This document shows positions 7,708-17,096 of a stretch of DNA of 43,653 bases, piece after piece. Origin of the DNA: Eubacteriales bacterium (lineage in GTDB: Bacteria; Bacillota; Clostridia; Oscillospirales; CAG-382); the NCBI GenBank assembly GCA_045636665.1, contig JAZTXY010000106.1, positions 1-43,653 on the forward strand, read 5' to 3'. A program made the position numbers and the translations under genes. Positions within the stretch are counted from its first letter, which is position 1, and each line of letters begins with the position of its first letter. The notes beneath the pieces are model-generated. The model made no database searches. It was not told where the DNA came from and saw only the letters and a list, made by a program, of their open reading frames with translations.

Positions 7708-10008
7708 CTACTCTCCTATCCCCACGGTCTTAAGCGCTTCCGCCTGGAGCTTATAAAGCTTATGATAAACGCCCTTTAATTTAAGCAATTCCTCCGCCGT
7801 ACCGCTTTCGGCAACGCGTCCGTTTTCAATCGCGATAAGCTTGTCGGCATCGCGCAGGGTCGAAAGTCTATGCGCGATAATAACGGTCGTGCGGTTTTTG
7901 GTAAGACAGTCAAGCGCGGCTTGAATGTTGCGCTCGGTCTGGGTATCCATTGCGGCGGTCGCTTCGTCAAGAATCAAAATCTTCGGGTCGCGGAGCAATG
8001 CGCGCGCAATCGAAACGCGTTGCTTTTCACCGCCCGAAAGGTCTTTTTTGCCGAATCCGATCTCGGTATCGTAGCCATCGGGGTATTTAACGATAAAATC
8101 GTGCGCGGATGCGGTCTTTGCCGCGGCAATGACCTGCTCTCGCGTCGCTTCGGGGCAGGCATAGCGGATGTTGTCGAGAATGCTTCCGCGGAAAAGATAG
8201 GTTTCCTGCGAAACTATCGCGATATTATCGCGCAGATATTTAAAGGGAAGGTCCTTAATATTAACGCCGTCGATGTAAATTCCGCCCTCTTTTACGTCGT
8301 AAAGACGCGTCAGCAGGTTCGCAAGCGTGCTTTTGCCTGCGCCCGTCTGACCGACAATGCCGAGCGTACTGCCTGCAGGGATGTCAAAGCTTACGTCGTC
8401 GATAACCTTGCGGTTTTCAACGTAAGAAAAGCTTACGTTGCGAAATTCAACCTTGCCCTTGCATTCCTCGGGAGCGATTGCGTTTTCCGCCTCGCGTACC
8501 TCGGGCTGAGCGTCGCGTATCTCGAAAAGGCGCTGAATCGCGTTAAGCGTTTCACTCCACCAGTTCGAAACGTCGGCAAGCTGCTCGATCGGGCCGAATA
8601 TCAACGAAAAATAGCCGATAAACGCCATTAATCTACCATAGCTCATATCGCCCGTCGCGTTCATTACCTGCCAACCGCCGATGCCCCAAACAACGTAAGA
8701 GCCGATGCGGAGAAGATAATGCAAAAACGGGAAAATTCTTGCCGAAAAGGTTTGAATTTCGTTTCTTGCCTCGGCAAGGTCGCGGTTGCGCTTGCTGAAG
8801 CGGTTTAATTCCTCATCCTCGCGCGAGAAGGATTTTACAACGCGCATACCGTTCAAAACGTCGGAAACCAAGCTGTTGAACGAACGGCGCTTCGAATAGC
8901 TTTTTGCGTGTAATTTATCAAAAACGTTAAAGATAAGCTTAAAGCCGACGAAGAAAAGCGGAATCGTTACAAAGGTATAAAGCGCAAGCACCAAATTTTG
9001 CGAAAGCATTACGCCCATAATCGCAACAAGCTGAACGACGTTCAGCACGAGATAGGGAAATCCGTCACAGAAGAACCAATAAAGCGTTAAGCTGTCGCTG
9101 TTTACCTGAGTCATAAGACCGCCGGTCTGACGGTTTGTGAAAAAGCCCATCGAAAGATTACTTATCGTGCCGAAAATCATCTTTTTAAGGTCATAAGTAA
9201 CGTTTGCCGCAACGGTCGAGCTTATCGCGCCCGAAAGCAGATTCACAAGCAACGATGCGATTCTTACACCGACGATAAGCAAAACGATATAAAGCACGTC
9301 CGTCGCTGTCGAGCCTTCTTTTGACAAAACGTCATCATAAAGCATTTCGTTACCGATATAAGGGGTAACGACACCAAGCCCTGCAATAAGCGCAAAGGAA
9401 AGAAGCACCATAACGATCGAACGCTTATAACGGAAAAACAAGGTTGCCAAGCGCTTTACAAGACGCGCCTTATCCATACAGTTGGGACAAATTTTCAATT
9501 CCTCATCGGGGTAACGTCTTCCGCATTTCGGACAAACGTGATGCTCGTAATTTTCGTCCTCGTAAAGAGCAAAATCAAGCTTTCCGTCCTTTTTCAAATC
9601 GCCGATAGCCCTGCAGAAGACCGAAACGCCGTGCTTGCAGGCAGACGAGAAGTTGAAAAGAAGCTTCGATTCATTTTCGATTTCGCAAACGACTCTGCCC
9701 GTCGAAATAAGCTGTTCCGCCTTCGGCTCGTTAATATCGGCAAGGTCAAATTTTTCAAAGCGCGAAACGACGAATTTTTCGCTTCTTTGCGTGTCGCCCA
9801 AGGCGGTACGGCTTGCCGACGTAAATTCAATGATTCCCTCGGCAATAAAGAAGCTTTTTTCGGTAAGCATAACAAAGCAATCGCCGCGGCTCGAATCGAT
9901 TCTCAAATCGCTTCTCAACGCCAACAAGACGTCGCTTTCCGCCACGCCCTCGCTTGCAAAAAAGTTATTTACCGAGCCCGGTATTTTGTCGATTAAAATC
10001 TTTTTCAA
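7708..10008 (-). CDS. ABC exporter (TMD-NBD fusion) with N-terminal extension and Zn ribbon
   Basis: CPKCGRRYPDEELKICPNC, TM helices, GQTGAGKS, LSGGE, ILILDE, IAHRLST; TTG start. Confidence 0.92.
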   Translation of the reverse strand: MKKILIDKIPGSVNNFFASEGVAESDVLLALRSDLRIDSSRGDCFVMLTEKSFFIAEGIIEFTSASRTALGDTQRSEKFVVSRFEKFDLADINEPKAEQLISTGRVVCEIENESKLLFNFSSACKHGVSVFCRAIGDLKKDGKLDFALYEDENYEHHVCPKCGRRYPDEELKICPNCMDKARLVKRLATLFFRYKRSIVMVLLSFALIAGLGVVTPYIGNEMLYDDVLSKEGSTATDVLYIVLLIVGVRIASLLVNLLSGAISSTVAANVTYDLKKMIFGTISNLSMGFFTNRQTGGLMTQVNSDSLTLYWFFCDGFPYLVLNVVQLVAIMGVMLSQNLVLALYTFVTIPLFFVGFKLIFNVFDKLHAKSYSKRRSFNSLVSDVLNGMRVVKSFSREDEELNRFSKRNRDLAEARNEIQTFSARIFPFLHYLLRIGSYVVWGIGGWQVMNATGDMSYGRLMAFIGYFSLIFGPIEQLADVSNWWSETLNAIQRLFEIRDAQPEVREAENAIAPEECKGKVEFRNVSFSYVENRKVIDDVSFDIPAGSTLGIVGQTGAGKSTLANLLTRLYDVKEGGIYIDGVNIKDLPFKYLRDNIAIVSQETYLFRGSILDNIRYACPEATREQVIAAAKTASAHDFIVKYPDGYDTEIGFGKKDLSGGEKQRVSIARALLRDPKILILDEATAAMDTQTERNIQAALDCLTKNRTTVIIAHRLSTLRDADKLIAIENGRVAESGTAEELLKLKGVYHKLYKLQAEALKTVGIGE

Positions 10009-10043
10009 AGCAATAACCTTTTACTTTCTTTTATATCGTCCCC

Positions 10044-10073
10044 ATTGTACAACACACAGGAAATACTTGTCAA
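10044..10073 (-). promoter_or_regulatory. sigma-A promoter of the ABC/DUF1854 module
   Basis: TTGACA-18 nt-TACAAT. Confidence 0.6.
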
Positions 10074-10171
10074 TAAATTTCTTCGCAATTCCACCTAAAT
10101 TCCATAAGTTCAACCGCAAATAGAAAAAACTCGTCCGAGAGTTAGAGAGTAGATAATAGATAATAAAAACT

Positions 10172-10394
10172 GTAGAGGGCGATTCAAGAATCGCCCGTTT
10201 ACCTTGCGGTTTGAATTTATGTTCGTTTTATTTTGTTGCGGTTGCGGTCATAATAGCCTTCCCCTTGGGGGGAAGGTGGCATTTTCCTCGGAAAATGACG
10301 GATGAGGGGTCCCAGAAAACATTTATGTTTTTGGGGAGAGCGTAAGCGATAAAAAAGAGCACGAGAGAAACTTTTTTCAAAAAGTTTCTCTCGT
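10172..10394. repeat. REP-like mosaic (C + linker + B + D variant + A)
   Basis: GTAGAGGGCGATTCAAGAATCGCCC at 10172-10196; linker homologous to 6063-6120; B at 10255-10310; D variant at 10311-10336; A hairpin at 10361-10394. Confidence 0.85.
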
Positions 10395-10416
10395 AACAAC
10401 TTTCACTTAATTATCT

Positions 10417-12030
10417 CTACTTCGCGACGGTCAAATCGGTACCGTTAAAGAAGAAGGAAAGGATATATTTATAGCTGTAACCGTCCTTCGAAAGCTTTTC
10501 GCTTCCCGTTGCCGAAAATCCGACGCCGTGTCCGACACCCGCGCCGTTAACGGTAATGCTTTGCGGCGAAAGCGTGTTTCCGTCCACCGTCTTATAGCTG
10601 TCGGCAAAGCTGTTGAAGCTCTTAATGCCGTCGGCGGTAAGAACGCCTGCGACTTCCTGCTTTTCAACCCTTCCGTCGGCGGTAAGAACGTTCGCCTCGG
10701 TGTTGTATTCAACGGTAAAGTTCGCGCTCGTAAATCCGCAAGCCGAACGGATATCCTCGCTCGTTTCGACAAGCACCGAATTACCGCTTCCGTCACTGAT
10801 GGTAAGCGCGGTTATATAGCTCGAGCCGTAAGGGTCGGTCGAATGGATGGTAACGGTAAGGTTATCGTCCTTAAGCGAAGAGAAGGTTCTGCGCGAGGTG
10901 ATATATTCAAAAAATTCTTCCTTGGTAAAATTGTAAGTCCATTTATCGCCGTCGTCATATTCCTCTTGGAATACGGTGGTAAGATAAGGCACCTCGATAC
11001 CGCCCCAAGCCGCAACCGACGAACAGCTTGCGCCGCCGTTGGAATTGTGGTAAAGCACGGTTATCGGCGCACCCTTGTAGGTGCAGATAAGTCCGCGTGT
11101 CGAATCGACAAGCGCGTTGTTTTCCTCGCTCATACGGTAAATGCCGTGGTAGACCTGACAGCAAGCCGAGTTCGAGCAGACGTCAAAGCCGAGCTTTTGG
11201 TGCTTCGAATAAACCGCAACGGTTCTTGCAAGCACCGCAAACGCCTTTCTCGTTTCCTTCGAGAAATTCGTGCCGATTTCGTTTGCCATTACGCATTTGG
11301 TGTATTCCTCAAGCCCCAAGAAATTGAGCATAAAAAGCTTGCCCGAGCTTACGCTGTATTCAAAAAATCCGCGGTACTGATAATGAGTCGTGCCGCCCGT
11401 ACGGTAGCGCATCGGAATTTCGACAGCTCCGCCGTTTTGCGCGCGAATTGCAAATTTCGCGTTGGTCGCTTCAAAGGAAAACAAAATCCTGCCATTTTCG
11501 TCAAGCGCATAAATTCCGCCCGAAGCGGGGCCTGCAACGGTTCTTCCGCCCGAAGCCTTTTTCGCCTCTGCCGCCGTGTTCGATGCATAAGCGCGCGCTT
11601 CGTATCCGCCGTTGACAACAGCGACAAAGCCGCCCTTTGCCTTTGCGGCGCTTAACGCGGACGAATAGCTTGAAAATTTACCCAAAACGGCGCTGTAGGC
11701 GCCAACGTTTCCGTTTTCATCGGCAGCAATGCTTCCGTTTTCATATTTTGCGTTCATCATCGGCAACAAAACGAGCGCTCCGCCGTCATACGAAAACGCC
11801 TTTACAAAACCGCTTTTGCCGTTTGAAAAGCCGATATCAAAGCCGTTTTCGGAACGGTTTACCGAAAACAGACGTCTTGTGTCAAGCGAGGGTGTTTCGG
11901 AATACATTCCCACGCTGACCAACGGCTCGTTATATTCGGTCGTCTTTGCCAAAGCGGTGTTTGGGATCACCGCCGCACCGACGCAAAAGGTAAGCGCCAG
12001 CGCAAATGCAACGATGCGTTTCTTAACCAA
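10417..12030 (-). CDS. Exported SpoIID/LytB-domain lytic transglycosylase-like protein
   Basis: Signal peptide; LEEYTKCVMANEI, AFAVLART, H..FDVCSNSACCQVY, YHNSNGG, VPYL, GHGVGFS. Confidence 0.85.
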   Translation of the reverse strand: MVKKRIVAFALALTFCVGAAVIPNTALAKTTEYNEPLVSVGMYSETPSLDTRRLFSVNRSENGFDIGFSNGKSGFVKAFSYDGGALVLLPMMNAKYENGSIAADENGNVGAYSAVLGKFSSYSSALSAAKAKGGFVAVVNGGYEARAYASNTAAEAKKASGGRTVAGPASGGIYALDENGRILFSFEATNAKFAIRAQNGGAVEIPMRYRTGGTTHYQYRGFFEYSVSSGKLFMLNFLGLEEYTKCVMANEIGTNFSKETRKAFAVLARTVAVYSKHQKLGFDVCSNSACCQVYHGIYRMSEENNALVDSTRGLICTYKGAPITVLYHNSNGGASCSSVAAWGGIEVPYLTTVFQEEYDDGDKWTYNFTKEEFFEYITSRRTFSSLKDDNLTVTIHSTDPYGSSYITALTISDGSGNSVLVETSEDIRSACGFTSANFTVEYNTEANVLTADGRVEKQEVAGVLTADGIKSFNSFADSYKTVDGNTLSPQSITVNGAGVGHGVGFSATGSEKLSKDGYSYKYILSFFFNGTDLTVAK

Positions 12031-12529
12031 TATCGTAATCTCCTCTTACGGTAAAATATGCCTTATCGCCGGTTACGAGGATCGCCTTTTTGGAATCGCT
12101 CGCACTTGCGAAATAAATGTGTCCGTATTCAAGCGCCTCTCCCGAAAAAAGCTCCTTGCCGACCGACATATCGGTCAAGCCCTGCGCTTCTTCGTTCGAC
12201 GAGGTAATGGCAGCCGCGCCGCCGCCGCGATAGATGATTTCGGTTTCGGGCGAAAGGATGAGCGTTTGTCCCGAAGTAAGCGAAATGTCCTTGTAGGTGC
12301 TTTCGACCGTAACGCTTCCGCCGTTAGCCGCGATCTCGTTTAAGATCTCCTGCTTCAGCTCCTCTTTGAACTGCTTAAGATATCCGTAGGTGATAAGCGT
12401 ATCGTCGGGAATCAAATTTTCCGACAAAGCTCTTTCGTTTTTTTCCGCCGCGCCGCTTATCGCAAAAGCGCCGGTTACGGTCAAAAGCAAAATGCAAGCG
12501 GCAACGAAAAATATTTTAAAATTTTTCAC
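12023..12529 (-). CDS. Hypothetical exported/membrane-anchored protein, coupled to the SpoIID/LytB gene
   Basis: AAGGAG RBS, GTG start, N-terminal hydrophobic segment, 8-nt overlap with the downstream gene. Confidence 0.8.
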   Translation of the reverse strand: MKNFKIFFVAACILLLTVTGAFAISGAAEKNERALSENLIPDDTLITYGYLKQFKEELKQEILNEIAANGGSVTVESTYKDISLTSGQTLILSPETEIIYRGGGAAAITSSNEEAQGLTDMSVGKELFSGEALEYGHIYFASASDSKKAILVTGDKAYFTVRGDYDIG

Positions 12530-12754
12530 TTAAATTTCTCCTTAATTCATTATACGGCGAGTAGCCCCGAAAATATACTTAAAAATATGCGCCGCTTGTC
12601 CCGAAAATGCCTTTTTTACACTCAAAAAACGCCGTTTTTGCAAAAGCGCAGGTATTTCCGATTAATATTATAACACACCTTGTCAAGTCCCACAGAGTGG
12701 GCGGCATCCCTTACCGCCCCACAATATGTTGTAAAAACGCAAAAAATGCAAAAA

Positions 12755-12778
12755 ACCGCAAGCTTTTATGCTTGCGGT
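12755..12778 (-). terminator. Intrinsic terminator
   Basis: ACCGCAAGC/GCTTGCGGT stem followed by a T-run on the minus strand. Confidence 0.7.
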
Positions 12779-12794
12779 ATGGTGTTTACTTAAC

Positions 12795-14684
12795 TTATTT
12801 ACTTAAAAATGCGCTGAACAGCGAAATATTGTCCTCCAAAAAGTAGCGTTTAAGGAGAACGTAATCGTTGCCGTCGACCTTTTCGTTTGCCGAAACGTCG
12901 GCAGAGATGGATTGCGCCGTGTCGGGCGTATAAGTGCCCATCACGCAACGCTTAATAAGGATGTAATCGCCGATATCGAGCCGTCCGTTGCGGTTAACGT
13001 CGCCCGCAAGGCAGACCGTTGCCGAATCGACCTCGTTTCCGCCGACGGTAAGCGAAACTTTCGAGCCCGTCGCTATATAATCGGAATCGCCAATGCTTTC
13101 GCCCGTATGCGTTACTATCGTCAGGCTTTGCTTGTCGAAATGCTCGGAAAAGGCATCGAAATTAAGCTGCCAAGCCGCCGCGCGGAGAAATCCGTTGCCG
13201 TCCATTTTAAATACGTTGCCCGAGGGCGTTATCGTTTCACGCGTGAGATAGGTCGTATATTCAAGAAATATCCAACCGCTAAACCCGTTATATTCGATTT
13301 TGCCCCAAAATCCGTCGATTTCTTTAACGTCAACAATGCTTCCGTTGGGTACGATCGCAACCGATTCGGATTGCGTGTTTGCCTCGGCACGAAGATTGAG
13401 GTTTGACTTCAATTTATAAAAGCCGACTTCCTTTTTCGAAAGTATTACCTCGGAATCGGGGTAATTGATGGGCATATTAACGTAAAGAATACCCCTTGCC
13501 GCCGCAGTCGCAAACTGCTCCCATGTGTAGCGTCTTGTCGAAACGATGCAGGGCTGACTTACAACGCCGTCACCGCCCGCGTTGCCGTGATAGATAACGA
13601 TAAAATCCTCGTCCATTGTAAGGATAGAAACCGAATGCCCTGCGGCAAGACGGATATGCGCGCCGGGTGCCGCCTTCATAAGCAGATTTTTAACGCTGTT
13701 TGCGGTAACCGCGCCGCTGCTTAAGCTTCCGACCGAATAATAAAGCGATGCGTTCATCGAATGGTCGATAAAGCCGAAGCATTTCCAGAATATCATTCTT
13801 GCAAAGGCAAAGCATTGCGCGCCGAGCAGATCAATTTCACAGCTTTCCTTATAACCCGTCGGGTAATAGCGCATACAGTTGCAGTTTCCGACCGATTGAA
13901 TGCAGTAAGTAGAGTTTGTAGGGTTGTTGTGGCAGGTACAAGCCTTGCCGTTTTTCGAAAAGAAGGTGCCCGGCATATGCTCGGCAAGCGGAAGCGTCGT
14001 TTCGCCGACCTCAACAATAGGTCCCGTGTAATCGCCCGAAGCCGCAAGGTTAACGCCCATTTCCTGCTGTGCATAAATAACGTCGTGCTTTTTATCGGTT
14101 CCGACGGTCGCGGTATATTCCAAATAAAGCGCAAGGCTATCGTTCCAAACCTCGTCGCCGCTTTCTTCAATATATTTATATTGCGGATTTTTTGCCGCCC
14201 AACGAATTTGATCTCTGCTTTCGGGAACAAAGCCCTCCATACCGTCGCGCGTAAGGATTGCCTTTTCGCTTCCGTCGTTCAAATAAACGGTGCTTCCGCG
14301 TTGGTAATAAAGTCCGTCGCCCGTCGCGTAAAGACATTTAATTTCATCGTCAAAGGAATGAAGCGTTTCGATATTACTCATATCGGCGTCAGCGCGCATA
14401 ATCGAGCCGCCTCTTACAAAATAAAGCTTTTCTTCAAAGTAATTTAAATATTTCGCATCGCCGCTTGAAATAAGCTCTCTGCCGCCCGAAAAATCGGAAA
14501 AATAAACCTCTCCGTTTTCGGCAAAAACGGTACCGTTTTCAACGTCTACCGCGGTTCCGCCATAAAGTATGCGGTCGCCGAAATTATAGCCGAAAACCTC
14601 GTCAACCGAGCTATCCGCGCAGGAAACAAGCGATAAAATTGCCATAATTCCGCACAGAACAAGCGATAGTGCGCGTTTTAACAT
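12795..14684 (-). CDS. Lipoprotein: beta-propeller-like N-terminus, NlpC/P60-like cysteine hydrolase, SH3b, dockerin
   Basis: Lipobox LVSC; QCFAFAR...GHSV...YHGN; NLNLRAEANT...WGKIEYNGFSGWI; GDVNRNGRLDIGDY...ADVSANEKVDGNDY. Confidence 0.75.
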   Translation of the reverse strand: MLKRALSLVLCGIMAILSLVSCADSSVDEVFGYNFGDRILYGGTAVDVENGTVFAENGEVYFSDFSGGRELISSGDAKYLNYFEEKLYFVRGGSIMRADADMSNIETLHSFDDEIKCLYATGDGLYYQRGSTVYLNDGSEKAILTRDGMEGFVPESRDQIRWAAKNPQYKYIEESGDEVWNDSLALYLEYTATVGTDKKHDVIYAQQEMGVNLAASGDYTGPIVEVGETTLPLAEHMPGTFFSKNGKACTCHNNPTNSTYCIQSVGNCNCMRYYPTGYKESCEIDLLGAQCFAFARMIFWKCFGFIDHSMNASLYYSVGSLSSGAVTANSVKNLLMKAAPGAHIRLAAGHSVSILTMDEDFIVIYHGNAGGDGVVSQPCIVSTRRYTWEQFATAAARGILYVNMPINYPDSEVILSKKEVGFYKLKSNLNLRAEANTQSESVAIVPNGSIVDVKEIDGFWGKIEYNGFSGWIFLEYTTYLTRETITPSGNVFKMDGNGFLRAAAWQLNFDAFSEHFDKQSLTIVTHTGESIGDSDYIATGSKVSLTVGGNEVDSATVCLAGDVNRNGRLDIGDYILIKRCVMGTYTPDTAQSISADVSANEKVDGNDYVLLKRYFLEDNISLFSAFLSK

Positions 14685-14716
14685 TAAAATTCCTCCAAAA
14701 TTCTGCTTCTTTTTTT

Positions 14717-14797
14717 ATGATAACACACCATTCGCCCTTTTTCAACAGTTTTTTCGGCAGGAAAGGTCTTGAAATATGATAAAAAATGTGATAGAAT
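14717..14797. promoter_or_regulatory. Divergent sigma-A promoters
   Basis: Minus strand TTGAAA-17-TATCAT (14717-14745); plus strand TTGAAA-17-TAGAAT with extended TG (14769-14797). Confidence 0.6.
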
Positions 14798-14829
14798 AGC
14801 TTGATTATTGAAAAATGGGGTATTTTGCC

Positions 14830-15879
14830 ATGACAAATATTGCTATTCTCGGCTTTGGCACGGTTGGCGGCGGCGTTTACGAGGCTATCTCGCGTTGCAG
14901 TAAAAAACCGCTGTGCGACGTAAATATTAAATATATTCTTGACCTTCGCACCTTTGAAGGACATCCTCTTGCCGACAGAGTTACCACCGATTTCGACAAG
15001 ATCATCAACGACGAAAGCGTCAGCATCGTGCTTGAAACGATGGGCGGCGACGGCGTTGCTTACAAATTCAGCCTTGCCGCACTCAAGGCAGGCAAAAACG
15101 TCGTTACCTCCAACAAGGCGGTCGTTGATAAATACGGTCGTGAGCTTGAAGCTGTCGCGCGCGAAAACGGCGTCGTTTATCTTTATGAAGCAAGCGTCGG
15201 CGGCGGTATTCCGATAATCGCACCGCTTAACGAATGCTTCGCGTCCGACGATATTTTGCGCGTTGCAGGTATCCTCAACGGCACCACCAACTATATCCTC
15301 ACCCACATGCAAAGCGAAGGCAAGAGCCTTGCCGAAGCATTGAAGTCGGCGCAGGAATTGGGCTATGCCGAAGCAGACCCCCACGCAGATATTGCAGGTC
15401 TTGACTCCGCAAGAAAAATTGCCATCCTTGCAGGTATCGCGTTCGGCAAATATATCTCTTATAACGAAATTCCCTATATCGAGGGTATCGAAAACGTTAC
15501 GAGCGAGGATATCGCTCTTGCAGAACAGCTTGGCTGTGTTATCCGTCTTGTAGCGGTTGCCGAAAAGGTCGGCGACAAGGCAAGATTGCTCGTTGCTCCC
15601 CACTTGGTCGGCAACAAGAGTCTTTTCCACGCGATAACCGAAGCATTCAACGCGGTAAGCGTTACAGGATCTGCTGTCGGCGAGGTTGTATTCTACGGTC
15701 AGGGCGCAGGCGCGCTTCCCACCGCGGCGGCTGTTTGCGGCGATATCGAACGCGTTATAAGCAACCGCTTCGTTTCCACCGTCCGCGAAGTATGCGAAAA
15801 GGATTTCATCCTTCAGGATACCGAAGGCGGCAAATTCATCACCCTCTCGAACGGCAAAAAATACAGATATTTCGAATAA
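14830..15879 (+). CDS. hom: Homoserine dehydrogenase (short form)
   Basis: IAILGFGTVGGG, VVTSNK, YEASVGGGIPI, GILNGTTNYIL, AQELGYAEADP, GQGAGALPTA. Confidence 0.95.
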   Translation: MTNIAILGFGTVGGGVYEAISRCSKKPLCDVNIKYILDLRTFEGHPLADRVTTDFDKIINDESVSIVLETMGGDGVAYKFSLAALKAGKNVVTSNKAVVDKYGRELEAVARENGVVYLYEASVGGGIPIIAPLNECFASDDILRVAGILNGTTNYILTHMQSEGKSLAEALKSAQELGYAEADPHADIAGLDSARKIAILAGIAFGKYISYNEIPYIEGIENVTSEDIALAEQLGCVIRLVAVAEKVGDKARLLVAPHLVGNKSLFHAITEAFNAVSVTGSAVGEVVFYGQGAGALPTAAAVCGDIERVISNRFVSTVREVCEKDFILQDTEGGKFITLSNGKKYRYFE

Positions 15880-15895
15880 TCAAACCGCTAAATTT

Positions 15896-15924
15896 AAAAG
15901 GAGAAGCAAATCGCTTCTCCTTTT
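15896..15924. terminator. Bidirectional intrinsic terminator
   Basis: AAAAGGAGAAGC/GCTTCTCCTTTT between convergent genes. Confidence 0.85.
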
Positions 15925-15930
15925 TGTGTT

Positions 15931-17094
15931 TTACGAATAATCTCTATCAATGCGGATAACGCAACGGTATTGCGGATTTTGTGCGGTCACGGCGGTCGAG
16001 GCGGCGAGCTTCAGCGCATCGGCATCGGTCTTGCAATCGGCAGGAACGGCGATATCGAAAACGATATTCGTGTGCGTCGGTCCGGGAACAATGCGGAAAT
16101 CGTGCGCCTTTAAATTCTCGTTAAAGTCGCTCAAAACACTCAAAACGGCGCTTTTTATTTCGTTCAAGCGCGGGTCGCGCGTGTTTATCGGGTCCATATG
16201 TATAACCGTTTCGATGCCGTAGCTTTTGAATATCTCGATCTCGACGTCATCGATCACGTCGTGAACGAAAAGGATGTCCTCATCCATCGGCACCTCGGCG
16301 TGAAGCGACAAAAAGCGTCTGCCGGGGCCGTAATCGTGAAGTATAAGGTCGTGAACGCCGGTTATCGGCTTGTGTGAAAGGATCAGCGATTCAAGCTCGT
16401 CGATAAGCTCCTTTTCGGGGCGCATACCCAAAAGCGGCTCGATCGTTTCCTTCGCGGCGCGGTAGCCCGCAAAAAGAATGAACCCTGCAACAAGCAGACC
16501 GATATAGCCGTCGATCATCCAATCGGTGAAATGCATTACCGCAAGCGAAACCAAAACGGCAAGCGTTGCGATTGCATCGCCTATCGAGTCGGAGGCGGTT
16601 GCCACCATTGCGGCAGAGCCGATTTTTTTACCGACGGCGCGGTTATAGAAAAACATATAAAGCTTGATAACGACCGAAACGGCAAGAATCACCACCGAGG
16701 CAACGCTTAATTCGGTCGGTTGGGGGTCGGTTATCGCATCGACCGACGAGGAAAGAAGCTCGAACCCCATAACGAAAATGAGCATTGCAACGATAAGCCC
16801 CGAAATATATTCAATCCTTCCGTGTCCGAAGGGGTGCTCGGGGTCGGGCTTTTTACCCGCAAGGCGGAATCCGACCATCGTCACGACCGAAGAGCCTGCG
16901 TCCGAAATGTTGTTGACCGCATCGGCGGTAACGGCGACCGAGCCTGTAAGAGTGCCGACGAAGATTTTCAGCGCGAACAAAAGCAGGTTCAGAAAAATTC
17001 CGACCGCGCCGCACAAAAGCCCGTATTTACGCCTTGTTTCGTCGGATTTCATATCCTTATTCTTTATAAAAACAGAAGCAAGAAACCGAATCAT
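15931..17094 (-). CDS. Cation diffusion facilitator family transporter
   Basis: ADAVNNISD, KPDPEHPFGHGRIEY, 6 TM helices, HDYGPG, duplicated C-terminal domain. Confidence 0.92.
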   Translation of the reverse strand: MIRFLASVFIKNKDMKSDETRRKYGLLCGAVGIFLNLLLFALKIFVGTLTGSVAVTADAVNNISDAGSSVVTMVGFRLAGKKPDPEHPFGHGRIEYISGLIVAMLIFVMGFELLSSSVDAITDPQPTELSVASVVILAVSVVIKLYMFFYNRAVGKKIGSAAMVATASDSIGDAIATLAVLVSLAVMHFTDWMIDGYIGLLVAGFILFAGYRAAKETIEPLLGMRPEKELIDELESLILSHKPITGVHDLILHDYGPGRRFLSLHAEVPMDEDILFVHDVIDDVEIEIFKSYGIETVIHMDPINTRDPRLNEIKSAVLSVLSDFNENLKAHDFRIVPGPTHTNIVFDIAVPADCKTDADALKLAASTAVTAQNPQYRCVIRIDRDYS

Positions 17095-17096
17095 CC

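Noticed and set aside
10628..10691. Direct repeat GCCGTCGGCGGTAAGAACG
   Set aside because: Coding duplication (VLTADG twice) inside the SpoIID/LytB gene
12667..12686. TTGACA and TATAAT on the minus strand upstream of 12529
   Set aside because: Only 8 nt apart, so not a valid -35/-10 pair (an extended -10 alone is possible)
12707..12723. GTGGGCGG..CCGCCCCAC hairpin resembling a GTAG-type REP
   Set aside because: Single degenerate copy; cannot be assigned to a family
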